Origin: Escherichia phage AV112
Strand: one strand, 5' to 3'
Sequence record: OR352942.1
DNA: 64,000 nt
Shown here: piece after piece, positions 19,025 through 27,626 of the stretch
How the letters are laid out: each line of letters begins with the position of its first letter
How positions within the stretch are numbered: position 1 is the stretch's first letter
Translations under genes and position numbers: made by a program
Notes under the pieces: generated by a model
The model's database searches: none
Told to the model about the DNA's origin: nothing
Seen by the model: only the letters and a program-made list of their open reading frames with translations

Positions 19025-20026
19025 TTATTTCAGTAAAGTAACTTCAGAGATTTCCTCCCAACCATCTTTATCAGTTGAAATAAAATCTGCTACATAAAGA
19101 GCCGTACGTAATGATACATTGCGAAGACGAGATACATTAGCCTTCATCCAGGACAATGCTTTATACGTTTCTGCATCTGTCAGACCACGTTTCTGCATCA
19201 TGTCAGTAGATAATATTACATCTTCAACTCGAACCATAATCTCTTCATTAGAGTGTACTCCAAGGTCGAGATACACTGAACGAGATACTAAAGCTTGAAG
19301 GTGTGGGGCAAGTTTCGAACCGCGTTCTAACTCTTTATCGATATCAACGTTTGTAATGAAAACGATAGTACCTTCAAACTCAAATTCTTTATCAATACCC
19401 TTATCATCGAGATAAGATGACGCAGTGCTCCAACAAACTTTGCGTTTATCTCCAGTATCTAATGCTGCTTTAAGAAGGTTCAAGATGTCCATATCTGAGA
19501 ATACGTCAACGTCGTCGATTAAGAGAACGCTGTCTGCATCACGGTTGAGCCAAAGTTGTTCGTAAAGGCCAATACCGGAGATTTTACCATTAATGCTTTT
19601 GTATTTGATGAAACCATTATCATTAGCGTTATTAAGTGCTTTATCCAGAGAATACGTCTTACCAATACCGGCTGCACCTGAAATAATGAGTGAACGAATT
19701 TTGCCATCGATAATGCCATTCGTCATCATGTTCATTACTTTAAAGCGTTTGTTGATACGAGTTTTCATATCTTCAGTGCTTTCAACAACTGCAACTGGTG
19801 ACGTCTCAACTCCTTCCATTACGATGTCTGATTTGAAGACCCATACTCCACGTTCAGACCCATCAATCATAACGAAAATTTTACCATCACCTAAGTGGGA
19901 ACATTCAGGATTAAGCTTTGCTGGGAACCATGTCTTTGTGGCAACATAAGAACCAGAGATTTCGTTATTACGATAAATACCTTTTTTGATTTGAACGTTG
20001 AACATTTTATTCTCCAATTTACTCAT
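19025..20026 (-). CDS. P-loop NTPase (AAA-like ATPase)
   Basis: 333 aa; Walker A ISGAAGIGKTYS and Walker B VLLIDDVD. Confidence 0.6.
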   Translation of the reverse strand: MSKLENKMFNVQIKKGIYRNNEISGSYVATKTWFPAKLNPECSHLGDGKIFVMIDGSERGVWVFKSDIVMEGVETSPVAVVESTEDMKTRINKRFKVMNMMTNGIIDGKIRSLIISGAAGIGKTYSLDKALNNANDNGFIKYKSINGKISGIGLYEQLWLNRDADSVLLIDDVDVFSDMDILNLLKAALDTGDKRKVCWSTASSYLDDKGIDKEFEFEGTIVFITNVDIDKELERGSKLAPHLQALVSRSVYLDLGVHSNEEIMVRVEDVILSTDMMQKRGLTDAETYKALSWMKANVSRLRNVSLRTALYVADFISTDKDGWEEISEVTLLK

Positions 20027-20039
20027 TTCGTTTCGATAG

Positions 20040-20072
20040 GTCTATAATAACATGTTTAAAGCAAAAGTAAAC
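20040..20072 (-). promoter_or_regulatory. early promoter (GTTTAC, 17-nt spacer, extended -10 TGT-TATTAT)
   Basis: RC reads GTTTAC-TTTTGCTTTAAACATGT-TATTAT, about 40 nt upstream of the ATPase start. Confidence 0.55.
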
Positions 20073-20074
20073 AA

Positions 20075-20293
20075 TTATTTGCGACGAGATTTTTTGGTAA
20101 GAGGTTGAAAGAACACTGCTTTACCTGCTGGGGTTAAGGTGACTCGTAATGCATTACCGATTCCTAAGGATGCTTTAACTAGACCTTTAGCTTTCAGTTC
20201 ACCGAATGCTTGACGTTGGTCTGCATCACGAGTGTTAACCATAAGACCTTTATCACCTGCTTCACGAATCATTTCTAACATTTTGGTTTTCAT
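20075..20293 (-). CDS. hypothetical small basic protein (start moved to internal Met)
   Basis: MKTKMLEMIREAGDKG... preceded by GAGGAG; the longer track ORF would run through the promoter. Confidence 0.45.
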   Translation of the reverse strand: MKTKMLEMIREAGDKGLMVNTRDADQRQAFGELKAKGLVKASLGIGNALRVTLTPAGKAVFFQPLTKKSRRK

Positions 20294-20379
20294 TTTGTTC
20301 TCCTCTTGTTTTGATAGGTCTATAATAACATATCCTAAAAGCATGTACACTACTTTTTAAAAATATTTTAACCCCCTAA

Positions 20380-20395
20380 AGGGACCCGAAGGTCC
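20380..20395 (-). terminator. hairpin GGGACC-UUCG-GGUCCC just after the stop of 20402-20683
   Basis: Plus strand gggaccc-gaag-gtcccc; minus-strand UUCG tetraloop hairpin followed by UUUAGGGGG rather than a clean U-run. Confidence 0.35.
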
Positions 20396-20401
20396 CCACA
20401 T

Positions 20402-20683
20402 TTACTTATCGCACTTAGCAACATAATTAGGCATATCACAGAATACGGAGCGAGTAACTACTCGGCCCTTTGACCATGCTTCAGTTGCTTGTCCGGCTGT
20501 GCTATTAATATAGCTTGATCTAATGTTCTCAATACCCTGAGAATGTGATGCATTTACCGAACCATTAGAAGACCCAGAAGACTGGTTACCACCAGCTCCT
20601 GCGCTACCGCTGGCTGCACCCGTGGTAGCACCAACAGAGAATGCCATCATTACTGCGAATAAACCAATTACTATTTTTTTCAT
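20402..20683 (-). CDS. small secreted Gly/Ser-rich protein
   Basis: 93 aa; N-terminal signal-peptide-like MKKIVIGLFAVMMAFSVGA, then a Gly/Ser/Asn-rich low-complexity stretch. Confidence 0.5.
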   Translation of the reverse strand: MKKIVIGLFAVMMAFSVGATTGAASGSAGAGGNQSSGSSNGSVNASHSQGIENIRSSYINSTAGQATEAWSKGRVVTRSVFCDMPNYVAKCDK

Positions 20684-20714
20684 ATTTACCTCAAGTTAAT
20701 GGTTATTTATCTAC

Positions 20715-21704
20715 TTATTTATAGTAAGAATTATGATTTTCGAGATAGACTTGTTCAAGGAAGTCATCCCAGAAACTCATATCTACTTTTTGTTGCATAC
20801 CGTTCTTGGCAGCTTGTTCTGATGCATGTTCAACTTGGTCAACGATATCTTCTAGGAATTCTTGTACAGTTTTAAACGTATGTTTACCAAGCTTAACATC
20901 GAGAATAAATGGAGCATCCTGAAGTGGGTAAACCAGGTCGCCGGTTTTATAAATTTCTAATAGTTGAAGTCCACCACGACATGCATGACTCAATGCTTTC
21001 CAGTCAATACCTTCGTTAGCTTCTGCCTTACGAGCACGTTCACCATAGTTCTCTTCCAGTTTAACCAGGATGGCATTGAACTCTTTATTGGTTAACGTGT
21101 CTTGGAATTTACGGTCTAACAGATTATAGAATGTTTGCTTACCTGTTTTCTCGTTTTCAGTTTCAACCCACGAAGCAAATTCACCTACAGGCAGAACATT
21201 CTTCATATGTGATAAACGAATTACTGCACCATTATCAAAGTATTGTCCCCATTCATTAGAACGTTTAAGGGCTTGACGAAGAACAGCCAGTCGAGAACCC
21301 TTGACACCGTATTTAGAAGCTTGTTTACGGACATACCCTAAATAAGATTTCATGTTAGTGGTATAGAAACGAGACCTGTTATCTTGAATATACTTCCATA
21401 CATCAGGCAAATCGGATTTAACTACTAAACTTGGTGGAGTGTGAAGCATATCTAATGCGACGGTTTCGCCATCTGCAGCTAGTTTAAAGAAATATTTGAG
21501 ACTATACAACTCATGGTCCACGTCGTCTTTTGTGTTCTTAGAAGATGTGTTATTTGTGTTCTTGCTCATATGTTCTTTAACGTTACCGGTCAAGATATCA
21601 CGAGCATGAGGGACATAAATTTCTTTAAAATCGACGTCAGATTCAGGAGTAGACGTTCCATAAAGGTGGCTACCAAAGTAGCCTTTCATAATTGTTTTCA
21701 TCAT
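20715..21704 (-). CDS. Pol-beta-superfamily minimal nucleotidyltransferase
   Basis: 329 aa; N-terminal GSHLYGTSTPESDVDF fits the hG[GS]-x(9-13)-D-x-[DE] nucleotidyltransferase signature. Confidence 0.55.
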   Translation of the reverse strand: MMKTIMKGYFGSHLYGTSTPESDVDFKEIYVPHARDILTGNVKEHMSKNTNNTSSKNTKDDVDHELYSLKYFFKLAADGETVALDMLHTPPSLVVKSDLPDVWKYIQDNRSRFYTTNMKSYLGYVRKQASKYGVKGSRLAVLRQALKRSNEWGQYFDNGAVIRLSHMKNVLPVGEFASWVETENEKTGKQTFYNLLDRKFQDTLTNKEFNAILVKLEENYGERARKAEANEGIDWKALSHACRGGLQLLEIYKTGDLVYPLQDAPFILDVKLGKHTFKTVQEFLEDIVDQVEHASEQAAKNGMQQKVDMSFWDDFLEQVYLENHNSYYK

Positions 21705-22174
21705 TTGGCCTTATATTCGAGAGTAGGACAGATTTTTTCTTTACGAGCTTTAAGGTATTCACCTATTAATGATTTCTTACGTTCAATAGGCTCAAGACCA
21801 TTTTTAATTCGTTCTTGGTTTTGTGCAATGAGCTCAATTTCTTTATAATATTTTCTGTCGTTATATTTGTCTAACAACCAAGACGGACCAATTACCAACC
21901 CGGTAGCAATAAAAGCCATGACTGCTACCATTAAAATGCCTACACCAATTGAGGCCGGAACTAATGTCCATAGACTGCTAAAAACAAAGAATCTAGTTAA
22001 AATTTCCTGGCCAATGATTACTACTGCTGCTAAAATAGCAAATCCAATAATTGAAACAGACAATACTGGGATTAACGTTTTCCAAAAATAAGCACACAAC
22101 GTTTTCGGGCGATTCCATGTACTATTGAACGCGGCATAAATTTTAAAGTGCCAAGAGTTTTCATTGATAATCAT
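21701..22174 (-). CDS. membrane protein (multiple TM segments)
   Basis: 157 aa; several hydrophobic segments; stop overlaps the nucleotidyltransferase start. Confidence 0.5.
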   Translation of the reverse strand: MIINENSWHFKIYAAFNSTWNRPKTLCAYFWKTLIPVLSVSIIGFAILAAVVIIGQEILTRFFVFSSLWTLVPASIGVGILMVAVMAFIATGLVIGPSWLLDKYNDRKYYKEIELIAQNQERIKNGLEPIERKKSLIGEYLKARKEKICPTLEYKAK

Positions 22175-22183
22175 AATAATTCC

Positions 22184-22714
22184 TTATTTCAAAGTCGGGA
22201 TAATAGAATCAAGATAAGCTTTAAGAGCAACTGCTTCATCTTTGTCTAATGTAATGATATGTTGACGAAGGTCATCAATTTGACGAATAACTACGACATC
22301 GCCATCTTCATAAGAAGGATTAACGCCTAAGACCGTTGTAGAGTCAGGGTTGGCCGGATTTGTAATAAAAGCATTACGGCATTTAGCCCATTGAAGTTTG
22401 GCCTTTTTGGCTGTTTCAGATTCCACGAATTCTTTCACCTTAGTGACGAATGTTTTCCAATTATTAATAGAAAAACATTCGTCTTCAGTTTCGATATTAA
22501 CCCCACTATAAAGTCCATGATAAAAACGAACTTGAAGGTCTTCGTCAATGTTAATTACAGATGCATGGCCCGGTGGATTGAGTTTCAAAATCTTGTCCAG
22601 TTCCATAGGAAGAATAGTAGCAGCATCATCTTCTTGTGTCAGAACATACACATAACCACGTTTTTCGATACATAAATCACCAAACAACTCGGTTGTTTCA
22701 ATTACAGTTTTCAT
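22184..22714 (-). CDS. hypothetical protein
   Basis: Track ORF 22184-22726; likely start at MKTVIETT (ATG at 22712-22714). Confidence 0.45.
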   Translation of the reverse strand: MKTVIETTELFGDLCIEKRGYVYVLTQEDDAATILPMELDKILKLNPPGHASVINIDEDLQVRFYHGLYSGVNIETEDECFSINNWKTFVTKVKEFVESETAKKAKLQWAKCRNAFITNPANPDSTTVLGVNPSYEDGDVVVIRQIDDLRQHIITLDKDEAVALKAYLDSIIPTLK

Positions 22715-22715
22715 A

Positions 22716-22895
22716 TTATTCACCAATTAAAGTTTCAACAAAATTCACCAAAGCATTCTGGCAAGCATCAACCTGATTTTCATAAAAGTCTCCGTTATCA
22801 TTTACCGCATGATAAGCTACATCATTCAAATCTGAATCGGCTTCACGTAAGTCACGGATAAGGTCCATCAATTTATTAGCTTGTTCACGGGTCAT
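22716..22895 (-). CDS. hypothetical small protein (59 aa, below track cutoff)
   Basis: Manual translation MTREQANKLMDLIRDLREADSDLNDVAYHAVNDNGDFYENQVDACQNALVNFVETLIGE; stop abuts the next start. Confidence 0.3.
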   Translation of the reverse strand: MTREQANKLMDLIRDLREADSDLNDVAYHAVNDNGDFYENQVDACQNALVNFVETLIGE

Positions 22896-23020
22896 TTTAC
22901 CATACTCGTTTCAATAAGATTCACTATGCCGTTTACCATGTTATAAGTAAACATCGGATAATTGTATTGTACTACAACATAAGCGATAAGCAAAAGTTTC
23001 ATTTTGTTCTCCATTTGTTT

Positions 23021-23060
23021 TGGTAGGATTACTATATCATAGTCCTACCAAGACGTAAAC
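23021..23060 (-). promoter_or_regulatory. early promoter with inverted repeat (gtagga...tcctac)
   Basis: RC reads GTTTAC-N18-TATAGT; the -10 is flanked by a 6-bp inverted repeat. Confidence 0.45.
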
Positions 23061-23293
23061 TACCGATTGTGTTTTAAATGTTGATAAAGTTCTTCAACTT
23101 GTTTAGGGTCCAAAACAATTAAGTCATTTTCTTGGCGAAGATAAATCCATCCCTTATCCCCAGGGCCATTTTTACAAAACATCACCACCGTATCATCATC
23201 TTCAGCGCTTTCAGGTAAAAGTTCAAGTACACCGTCTTCAGATTTTCCAGTATAATCGTAAAGCATAATGTCCTCACATAATCTCGTTAACAT
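23060..23293 (-). CDS. hypothetical acidic protein
   Basis: 77-aa ORF. Confidence 0.4.
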   Translation of the reverse strand: MLTRLCEDIMLYDYTGKSEDGVLELLPESAEDDDTVVMFCKNGPGDKGWIYLRQENDLIVLDPKQVEELYQHLKHNR

Positions 23294-23492
23294 ACATTTG
23301 TAATTCGGTGTGGGCTTCGGCCATCTTTTTCATAGCTTTGTTAATGTCGATGTCTCCATCTTCGCATCCATGAGCATTTTCCCAATCAGATACCGCATTA
23401 GCGTACTCTTCAATCAAAAACATTAACTTAGAAATTTTTTCTTTACGTGTCATAACGTTCTCCTCTAGTAAGTAAAGACTACTATAACACAA
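23274..23492 (-). CDS. hypothetical protein
   Basis: 72-aa ORF. Confidence 0.4.
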   Translation of the reverse strand: MCYSSLYLLEENVMTRKEKISKLMFLIEEYANAVSDWENAHGCEDGDIDINKAMKKMAEAHTELQMYVNEIM

Positions 23493-23509
23493 CCTGAGGA
23501 GAAGTAAAC
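23477..23509 (-). promoter_or_regulatory. early promoter GTTTAC-17 nt-TATAGT
   Basis: RC of gactactataacacaacctgaggagaagtaaac. Confidence 0.5.
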
Positions 23510-23519
23510 TGCTAAACGC

Positions 23520-23547
23520 AAAAAAGCCCCAACCATAAGGAAGGGGC
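23520..23547 (-). terminator. rho-independent terminator, copy 1 of a conserved GCCCC...GGGGC hairpin
   Basis: Plus strand aaaaaagcccc-aaccataaggaa-ggggc; minus-strand hairpin followed by UUUUUU, directly after the rI stop. Confidence 0.6.
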
Positions 23548-23554
23548 TAGTAAA

Positions 23555-23857
23555 TTAGATAGATGTAGGCTCTAATTTTATTTTCATGAACTCGGCAAAT
23601 TGTCTGGCAGTTTTTATGCCTTGTTCATGACATTCAAATGCATCATCACAGGGGCTATTTTTGTAATGCTTTGCCATATACTTATAGAATTTTTCAGAAT
23701 TCTCGACATTTTGAATTTCAAACAAAGTATATACGTTTTTAATCCCTGATTCCATAAAGTTATCAAAATATGGGTCGGTATACGCAGTACCAACGTTAGG
23801 AGTTGTTGCTGCAAAAAACCCCAGCATCGCCATGACAGCTATCGCTCTTAAGGCCAT
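23555..23857 (-). CDS. rI: RI lysis-inhibition regulator (periplasmic antiholin)
   Basis: 100 aa; MALRAIAVMAMLGFFAATTP signal/SAR-like N-terminus, then DPYFDNFMESGI...YKNSPCDD.FEC...MKIKLE, resembling T4 RI as recalled; sits next to tk as in T4. Confidence 0.7.
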   Translation of the reverse strand: MALRAIAVMAMLGFFAATTPNVGTAYTDPYFDNFMESGIKNVYTLFEIQNVENSEKFYKYMAKHYKNSPCDDAFECHEQGIKTARQFAEFMKIKLEPTSI

Positions 23858-23869
23858 ATAGGCCTCCTG

Positions 23870-24082
23870 TTAATTTTGGCCAGTATTTATTTTTCGCCTT
23901 TGGACGGCCTTAACATCTGTGAGGTATTTTTCCAGCTTGCGCTTGCGTGTATAATCAGCTTTAGAACCAGTTTGACGGATATCCTCGTTTAAATGAGAAA
24001 TAGAATGTCCTAATTCTCTTCGGATTTCATCCAATTGGGTTACAGTAAGATTACGAAGTTGTCTTTCGTTTAATTGCTGCAT
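23870..24082 (-). CDS. hypothetical basic protein
   Basis: 70-aa ORF between rI and tk. Confidence 0.4.
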   Translation of the reverse strand: MQQLNERQLRNLTVTQLDEIRRELGHSISHLNEDIRQTGSKADYTRKRKLEKYLTDVKAVQRRKINTGQN

Positions 24083-24109
24083 ATATACCTCTTGGTTAGA
24101 TATTAGTAT

Positions 24110-24691
24110 TTATAACAACCCTGTCAAATCATTCCAATGCTTCCGGCATAATGACACATATCTATCAGTATCACCAATTTCAATTTGACTGCCATCTGTA
24201 ATTGGAAGTCCGTCTTCCGTGACTCTAGCTACCATTGTGGCCTTTTTACCACAGTGACAGACACCTTTAAGTTCAACAAGCTTATCAGCAATAGCCATTA
24301 ACGCTTGAGAACCTTCAAATAGATTACCTTTAAAATCTGTTCGTAGTCCATATGCCATTACCGGCACATTGTATACGTCAACAATACGACTAAGTTGATA
24401 CACCTTTTCAGTAGTTAAGAACTGAGCTTCGTCAACAAATACACAATGAATATCCTTTTGTGCTGCAGCCCATTTATAGAATTCAAAGATATCCATGTCT
24501 TTTGTAATTATATTGGCGTCCTGACGAATACCAATACGAGAGACTATTTCACCTTTTGAATCACGAGTATCAATAGCCGGTTTAAGAACTAATACACCCA
24601 TGCCACGTTCTTTATAGTTATGTGCGGCAGTAAGTAATGAAGCAGACTTACCAGCGTTCATAGCGGCATATGTAAAAATTAAACTAGCCAT
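24110..24691 (-). CDS. tk: thymidine kinase
   Basis: 193 aa; P-loop AAMNAGKSASLL, VFVDEAQF Walker B, C-terminal CHCGKKAT...CRKH zinc motif. Confidence 0.92.
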   Translation of the reverse strand: MASLIFTYAAMNAGKSASLLTAAHNYKERGMGVLVLKPAIDTRDSKGEIVSRIGIRQDANIITKDMDIFEFYKWAAAQKDIHCVFVDEAQFLTTEKVYQLSRIVDVYNVPVMAYGLRTDFKGNLFEGSQALMAIADKLVELKGVCHCGKKATMVARVTEDGLPITDGSQIEIGDTDRYVSLCRKHWNDLTGLL

Positions 24692-24692
24692 T

Positions 24693-24881
24693 TTAATCCT
24701 TAGTTAAATTTTCTAAATATGTTTTTAAATCATTTTCAGCTTTATCGATAGATTTTACTAATTCGTAATATGTTTCGGCATCTCCATATTCAGAAGATAA
24801 TTCAAAAGACAAATCCTTTTCTAAACTAATAATTTCACCAACTAAAAATAATATTTCGTTCTTTTGTTCGCGAGTAATCAT
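24693..24881 (-). CDS. small acidic protein, tandem paralogue 1
   Basis: 62 aa; similar N-terminal pattern to the adjacent 63-aa ORF (REQKNEILFLVGEI vs KEQKDKLFSLIHEV). Confidence 0.45.
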   Translation of the reverse strand: MITREQKNEILFLVGEIISLEKDLSFELSSEYGDAETYYELVKSIDKAENDLKTYLENLTKD

Positions 24882-25069
24882 AAGGAATTTATATAATCAA
24901 TGAGTTCTTGTTCTTTATTATCGAATTCTTTAGAAAGTTCTTCGTACTCGTTTGCACTAAAAGGACCGCATTCATTACAAACTTTTTCCAATTCACTATT
25001 TTTATCCATAACTTCATGGATAAGAGAAAAGAGTTTGTCTTTTTGTTCTTTACTTAAACTCATAACCAT
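24878..25069 (-). CDS. small acidic protein, tandem paralogue 2
   Basis: 63 aa; see previous. Confidence 0.45.
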   Translation of the reverse strand: MVMSLSKEQKDKLFSLIHEVMDKNSELEKVCNECGPFSANEYEELSKEFDNKEQELIDYINSL

Positions 25070-25287
25070 GTCACCTTTAAGCAGTATTCTTCTACATGCT
25101 GTTTACGACCTTTCTTATCAATAAAGGTATATTCAACGAATGTTCCGATGTAGTCTTTATCTACATCATGTGGACTATTAATTGGACATTTGGTACGACA
25201 AATGCGTTCCCATTGACGAATAATTACTGCCTTATTCTTTGGGTCATATGGATGTGGATAATGTATATTCATAATAATGGTTCCCAA
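25060..25287 (-). CDS. hypothetical protein
   Basis: 75-aa ORF. Confidence 0.4.
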   Translation of the reverse strand: MGTIIMNIHYPHPYDPKNKAVIIRQWERICRTKCPINSPHDVDKDYIGTFVEYTFIDKKGRKQHVEEYCLKVTWL

Positions 25288-25766
25288 TCAACAATCACAA
25301 TTTCTAGTTTAGTGGAATACGTATCTAAAATCTCTTCGATGACATCCCAGTTTCCACCACCGATACCTGCACCAATTCTTGGCATATAAATTACAGGCTT
25401 TGTTATCTTATTCTTTCCGAATTCATTTAATTCTATTATACAATTCATTAAAGCATAGTACTCAAAATTAGGTCCAGGCTCAAACTGTGTATAAAGATTA
25501 AAGCAATAAGCTTTATGGGTCTTAAAATATTTTTCATAAACCGAATAAGTCCCGAGTTTAGACTCGTCTCCGAATTCGGTTTGAAGTTTATCGGCTTCTA
25601 AAATTTTTGGATAAGCCTTTGCTAATTGTCCTGCCACACCAGCGCCCATTGTATGAAAACAATTACACCCATGAGCAATATTATTACCTTTAGAAAACAG
25701 GGCGACAATATCGCCCTTGATATAGTTTTTAATCACTTGCTGCAAGTCCTCTAGTATAAGAGTCAA
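25269..25766 (-). CDS. macro domain protein (ADP-ribose binding/hydrolase fold)
   Basis: 165 aa; macrodomain-like Gly-rich motifs HGCNCFHTMGAGVAGQL and PRIGAGIGGGNW. Confidence 0.6.
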   Translation of the reverse strand: MTLILEDLQQVIKNYIKGDIVALFSKGNNIAHGCNCFHTMGAGVAGQLAKAYPKILEADKLQTEFGDESKLGTYSVYEKYFKTHKAYCFNLYTQFEPGPNFEYYALMNCIIELNEFGKNKITKPVIYMPRIGAGIGGGNWDVIEEILDTYSTKLEIVIVDWEPLL

Positions 25767-26076
25767 CTAGACGGTCCACCATAGAATTGCATGCTGCCTT
25801 ATCTTTAGGTTCCGCCACCGAGCATTCTAATATTTGCCATTTTTTATAGTATCTTTTAATTAAGGTAGACGCCTTGAACCTACTAGTCGCCCCATCTTTT
25901 TCTCCGTCTTTATACGCATATAACAATTTTTGTGAAAAATCTACTTTACACTCTTGACTTTTACCACAATAATCAGACGCTGTTCTGTTTGTATACTCCG
26001 TTACATCAGTATATGTAGTATTAGCAAGAGCGTTAAATGAAACCAAGCCAACTATTAAAGCCAACATTTTGGTCAT
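25729..26076 (-). CDS. secreted/periplasmic protein
   Basis: 115 aa; signal peptide MTKMLALIVGLVSFNALA. Confidence 0.45.
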   Translation of the reverse strand: MTKMLALIVGLVSFNALANTTYTDVTEYTNRTASDYCGKSQECKVDFSQKLLYAYKDGEKDGATSRFKASTLIKRYYKKWQILECSVAEPKDKAACNSMVDRLVDSYTRGLAASD

Positions 26077-26615
26077 TCTTTTATTTCCAGTAGTTTGTTT
26101 GATTTAAGGTAATTAGCCTTTTCTAGGACTTCAGAAGCATATTTACTTCCAGCACTTGTCTTCCATCCCGCATTATATGAGGATATAGCTTTTCTTATAT
26201 CCCCGTTATGTATATTTAACCAATAAGAAAATTCGATATAAGCCCATCTGGCTGAATTAGACCGCTTAGATAGCATTTTCTTAATTTGGGCATCAGTCAT
26301 ATTATAACCAAGCTGGTTAATTCTTGCCCTCATTGTTGGTAGATAATTTTGGAACATTCCATACGCATGGTGACCTTTCTTATCTTTAAGATTAATACCG
26401 GCAGATGATTCCTGCCATAGTATTGCGGCCATTATGTATCCAAGTCCTTTCTTATGCATGTTTTCATGCGTTTTAAATTTTCCATCCTTAGAAAACTGTT
26501 CCCCAAACTGATAAGCATAATTCAAGTTATCGAGTTGGACATTACTAAAAGTATGCTCGGAGCTATGTGCTGATAATGAAAGAGCAAATAGACCAGCGAG
26601 TAGTGCTTTTCTCAT
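26073..26615 (-). CDS. secreted lytic transglycosylase-like (SLT domain) protein
   Basis: 180 aa; signal peptide MRKALLAGLFALSLSAHS; SLT-like motifs ILWQESSAG, GMFQ, SYNAG. Confidence 0.6.
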   Translation of the reverse strand: MRKALLAGLFALSLSAHSSEHTFSNVQLDNLNYAYQFGEQFSKDGKFKTHENMHKKGLGYIMAAILWQESSAGINLKDKKGHHAYGMFQNYLPTMRARINQLGYNMTDAQIKKMLSKRSNSARWAYIEFSYWLNIHNGDIRKAISSYNAGWKTSAGSKYASEVLEKANYLKSNKLLEIKE

Positions 26616-26623
26616 GTTTACCT

Positions 26624-27082
26624 CTAGATTTTAATCACTGCTTTAGAAGCTTTTCCTGGTAGTCGTTTACTGTTAATAATAGCCATTCTGCATTGAAGAG
26701 TCTTCATTTTGAACGCTGGATTTTCGCGACAAACTGTAAGTCCTAACCAAAGATTTCCGTCAGTTATTTCTAAACGGCCTGGGCGATATTCGACACCTTC
26801 GACAAAATCTTCATCAACATCTGGACGTGCCGGCATTGATAAAAATTCTGTAACTTCTTTAACATGATTTTTTACTTTACGAAATAATTCAAAAACGTAG
26901 TTCTCATCTATTTCTCTCTGGATGGCACGATCTAAGAGATGTTGAGAATACTTGATATGAAAGCCTGGTAGTCCAAGAGACTTTGCAGCATCTTTTATAC
27001 CGGCATTTATTTTGCGGAACTCCGTTTCAAAGATTCGACGGAGTTTATTACGGCGGATAAAAACGTCAGAATTGATAGTCAT
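26624..27082 (-). CDS. regB: RegB endoribonuclease
   Basis: 152 aa; closely matches T4 RegB as recalled (MTIN..VFIRRNKLRR.FE.EFR...KYSQHLLDRAIQREIDE.YVFELF...ITDGNLWLG.TVC...CRMAIINS.RLPGKASKAVIK). Confidence 0.85.
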   Translation of the reverse strand: MTINSDVFIRRNKLRRIFETEFRKINAGIKDAAKSLGLPGFHIKYSQHLLDRAIQREIDENYVFELFRKVKNHVKEVTEFLSMPARPDVDEDFVEGVEYRPGRLEITDGNLWLGLTVCRENPAFKMKTLQCRMAIINSKRLPGKASKAVIKI

Positions 27083-27104
27083 TTTTTATTTCTCCTCTAG
27101 TTGA

Positions 27105-27141
27105 CAGGTCTATAGTAACACATCTAGAGGAGAAGTAAACT
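27105..27141 (-). promoter_or_regulatory. early promoter with flanking inverted repeat CCTCTAG/CTAGAGG
   Basis: RC reads GTTTAC-N17-TGTTACTATAG; the -10 is enclosed by a 7-bp inverted repeat. Confidence 0.5.
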
Positions 27142-27144
27142 ACT

Positions 27145-27360
27145 TTATTGATAAAATGGAGTTAAAGCCCAAGATTCTTTAGATACCATATCGGCGAAAT
27201 GCCTCATCTCTTCGATTTGGCGACGACGCTGGTCAGCATAGTCTTCTTCGCCTTCTTCCTTACAATCTTCAAGGTCTTCTTCAAGATACTTTAAGTATTC
27301 ACTACAAATTTTGTTGATCTTTTCTTGAAAGTCCAATAACCCTGTAATAGTAGAAGCCAT
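27145..27360 (-). CDS. hypothetical acidic protein
   Basis: 71-aa ORF. Confidence 0.4.
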   Translation of the reverse strand: MASTITGLLDFQEKINKICSEYLKYLEEDLEDCKEEGEEDYADQRRRQIEEMRHFADMVSKESWALTPFYQ

Positions 27361-27626
27361 TAGTATTTTTCCTCAGGTCGAAATACTGCACGACACGCCC
27401 ACATGCTGGCTTCTTTTAGATGTTGCTTAGCATACTTAAGAGCCTGCACTGCATCCATATCTTCTTTGGTTTGTTGCTCTGATTCATTTTCTTTCAAGAT
27501 ATATGCTTCTTCAATCAGAGCATCAAACATCAATCCAAGACGGACTTCTGCATCTTTAATAGCGTTCACTTTACTGATTTTATCATCGGTATGCGGCTTG
27601 TAGCCTTTGATGTCTTCAATCGACAT
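27360..27626 (-). CDS. hypothetical protein (start moved to internal Met)
   Basis: Track ORF 27360-27794 overlaps the upstream ORF; MSIEDIKGYKP... is the likely start. Confidence 0.35.
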   Translation of the reverse strand: MSIEDIKGYKPHTDDKISKVNAIKDAEVRLGLMFDALIEEAYILKENESEQQTKEDMDAVQALKYAKQHLKEASMWACRAVFRPEEKY

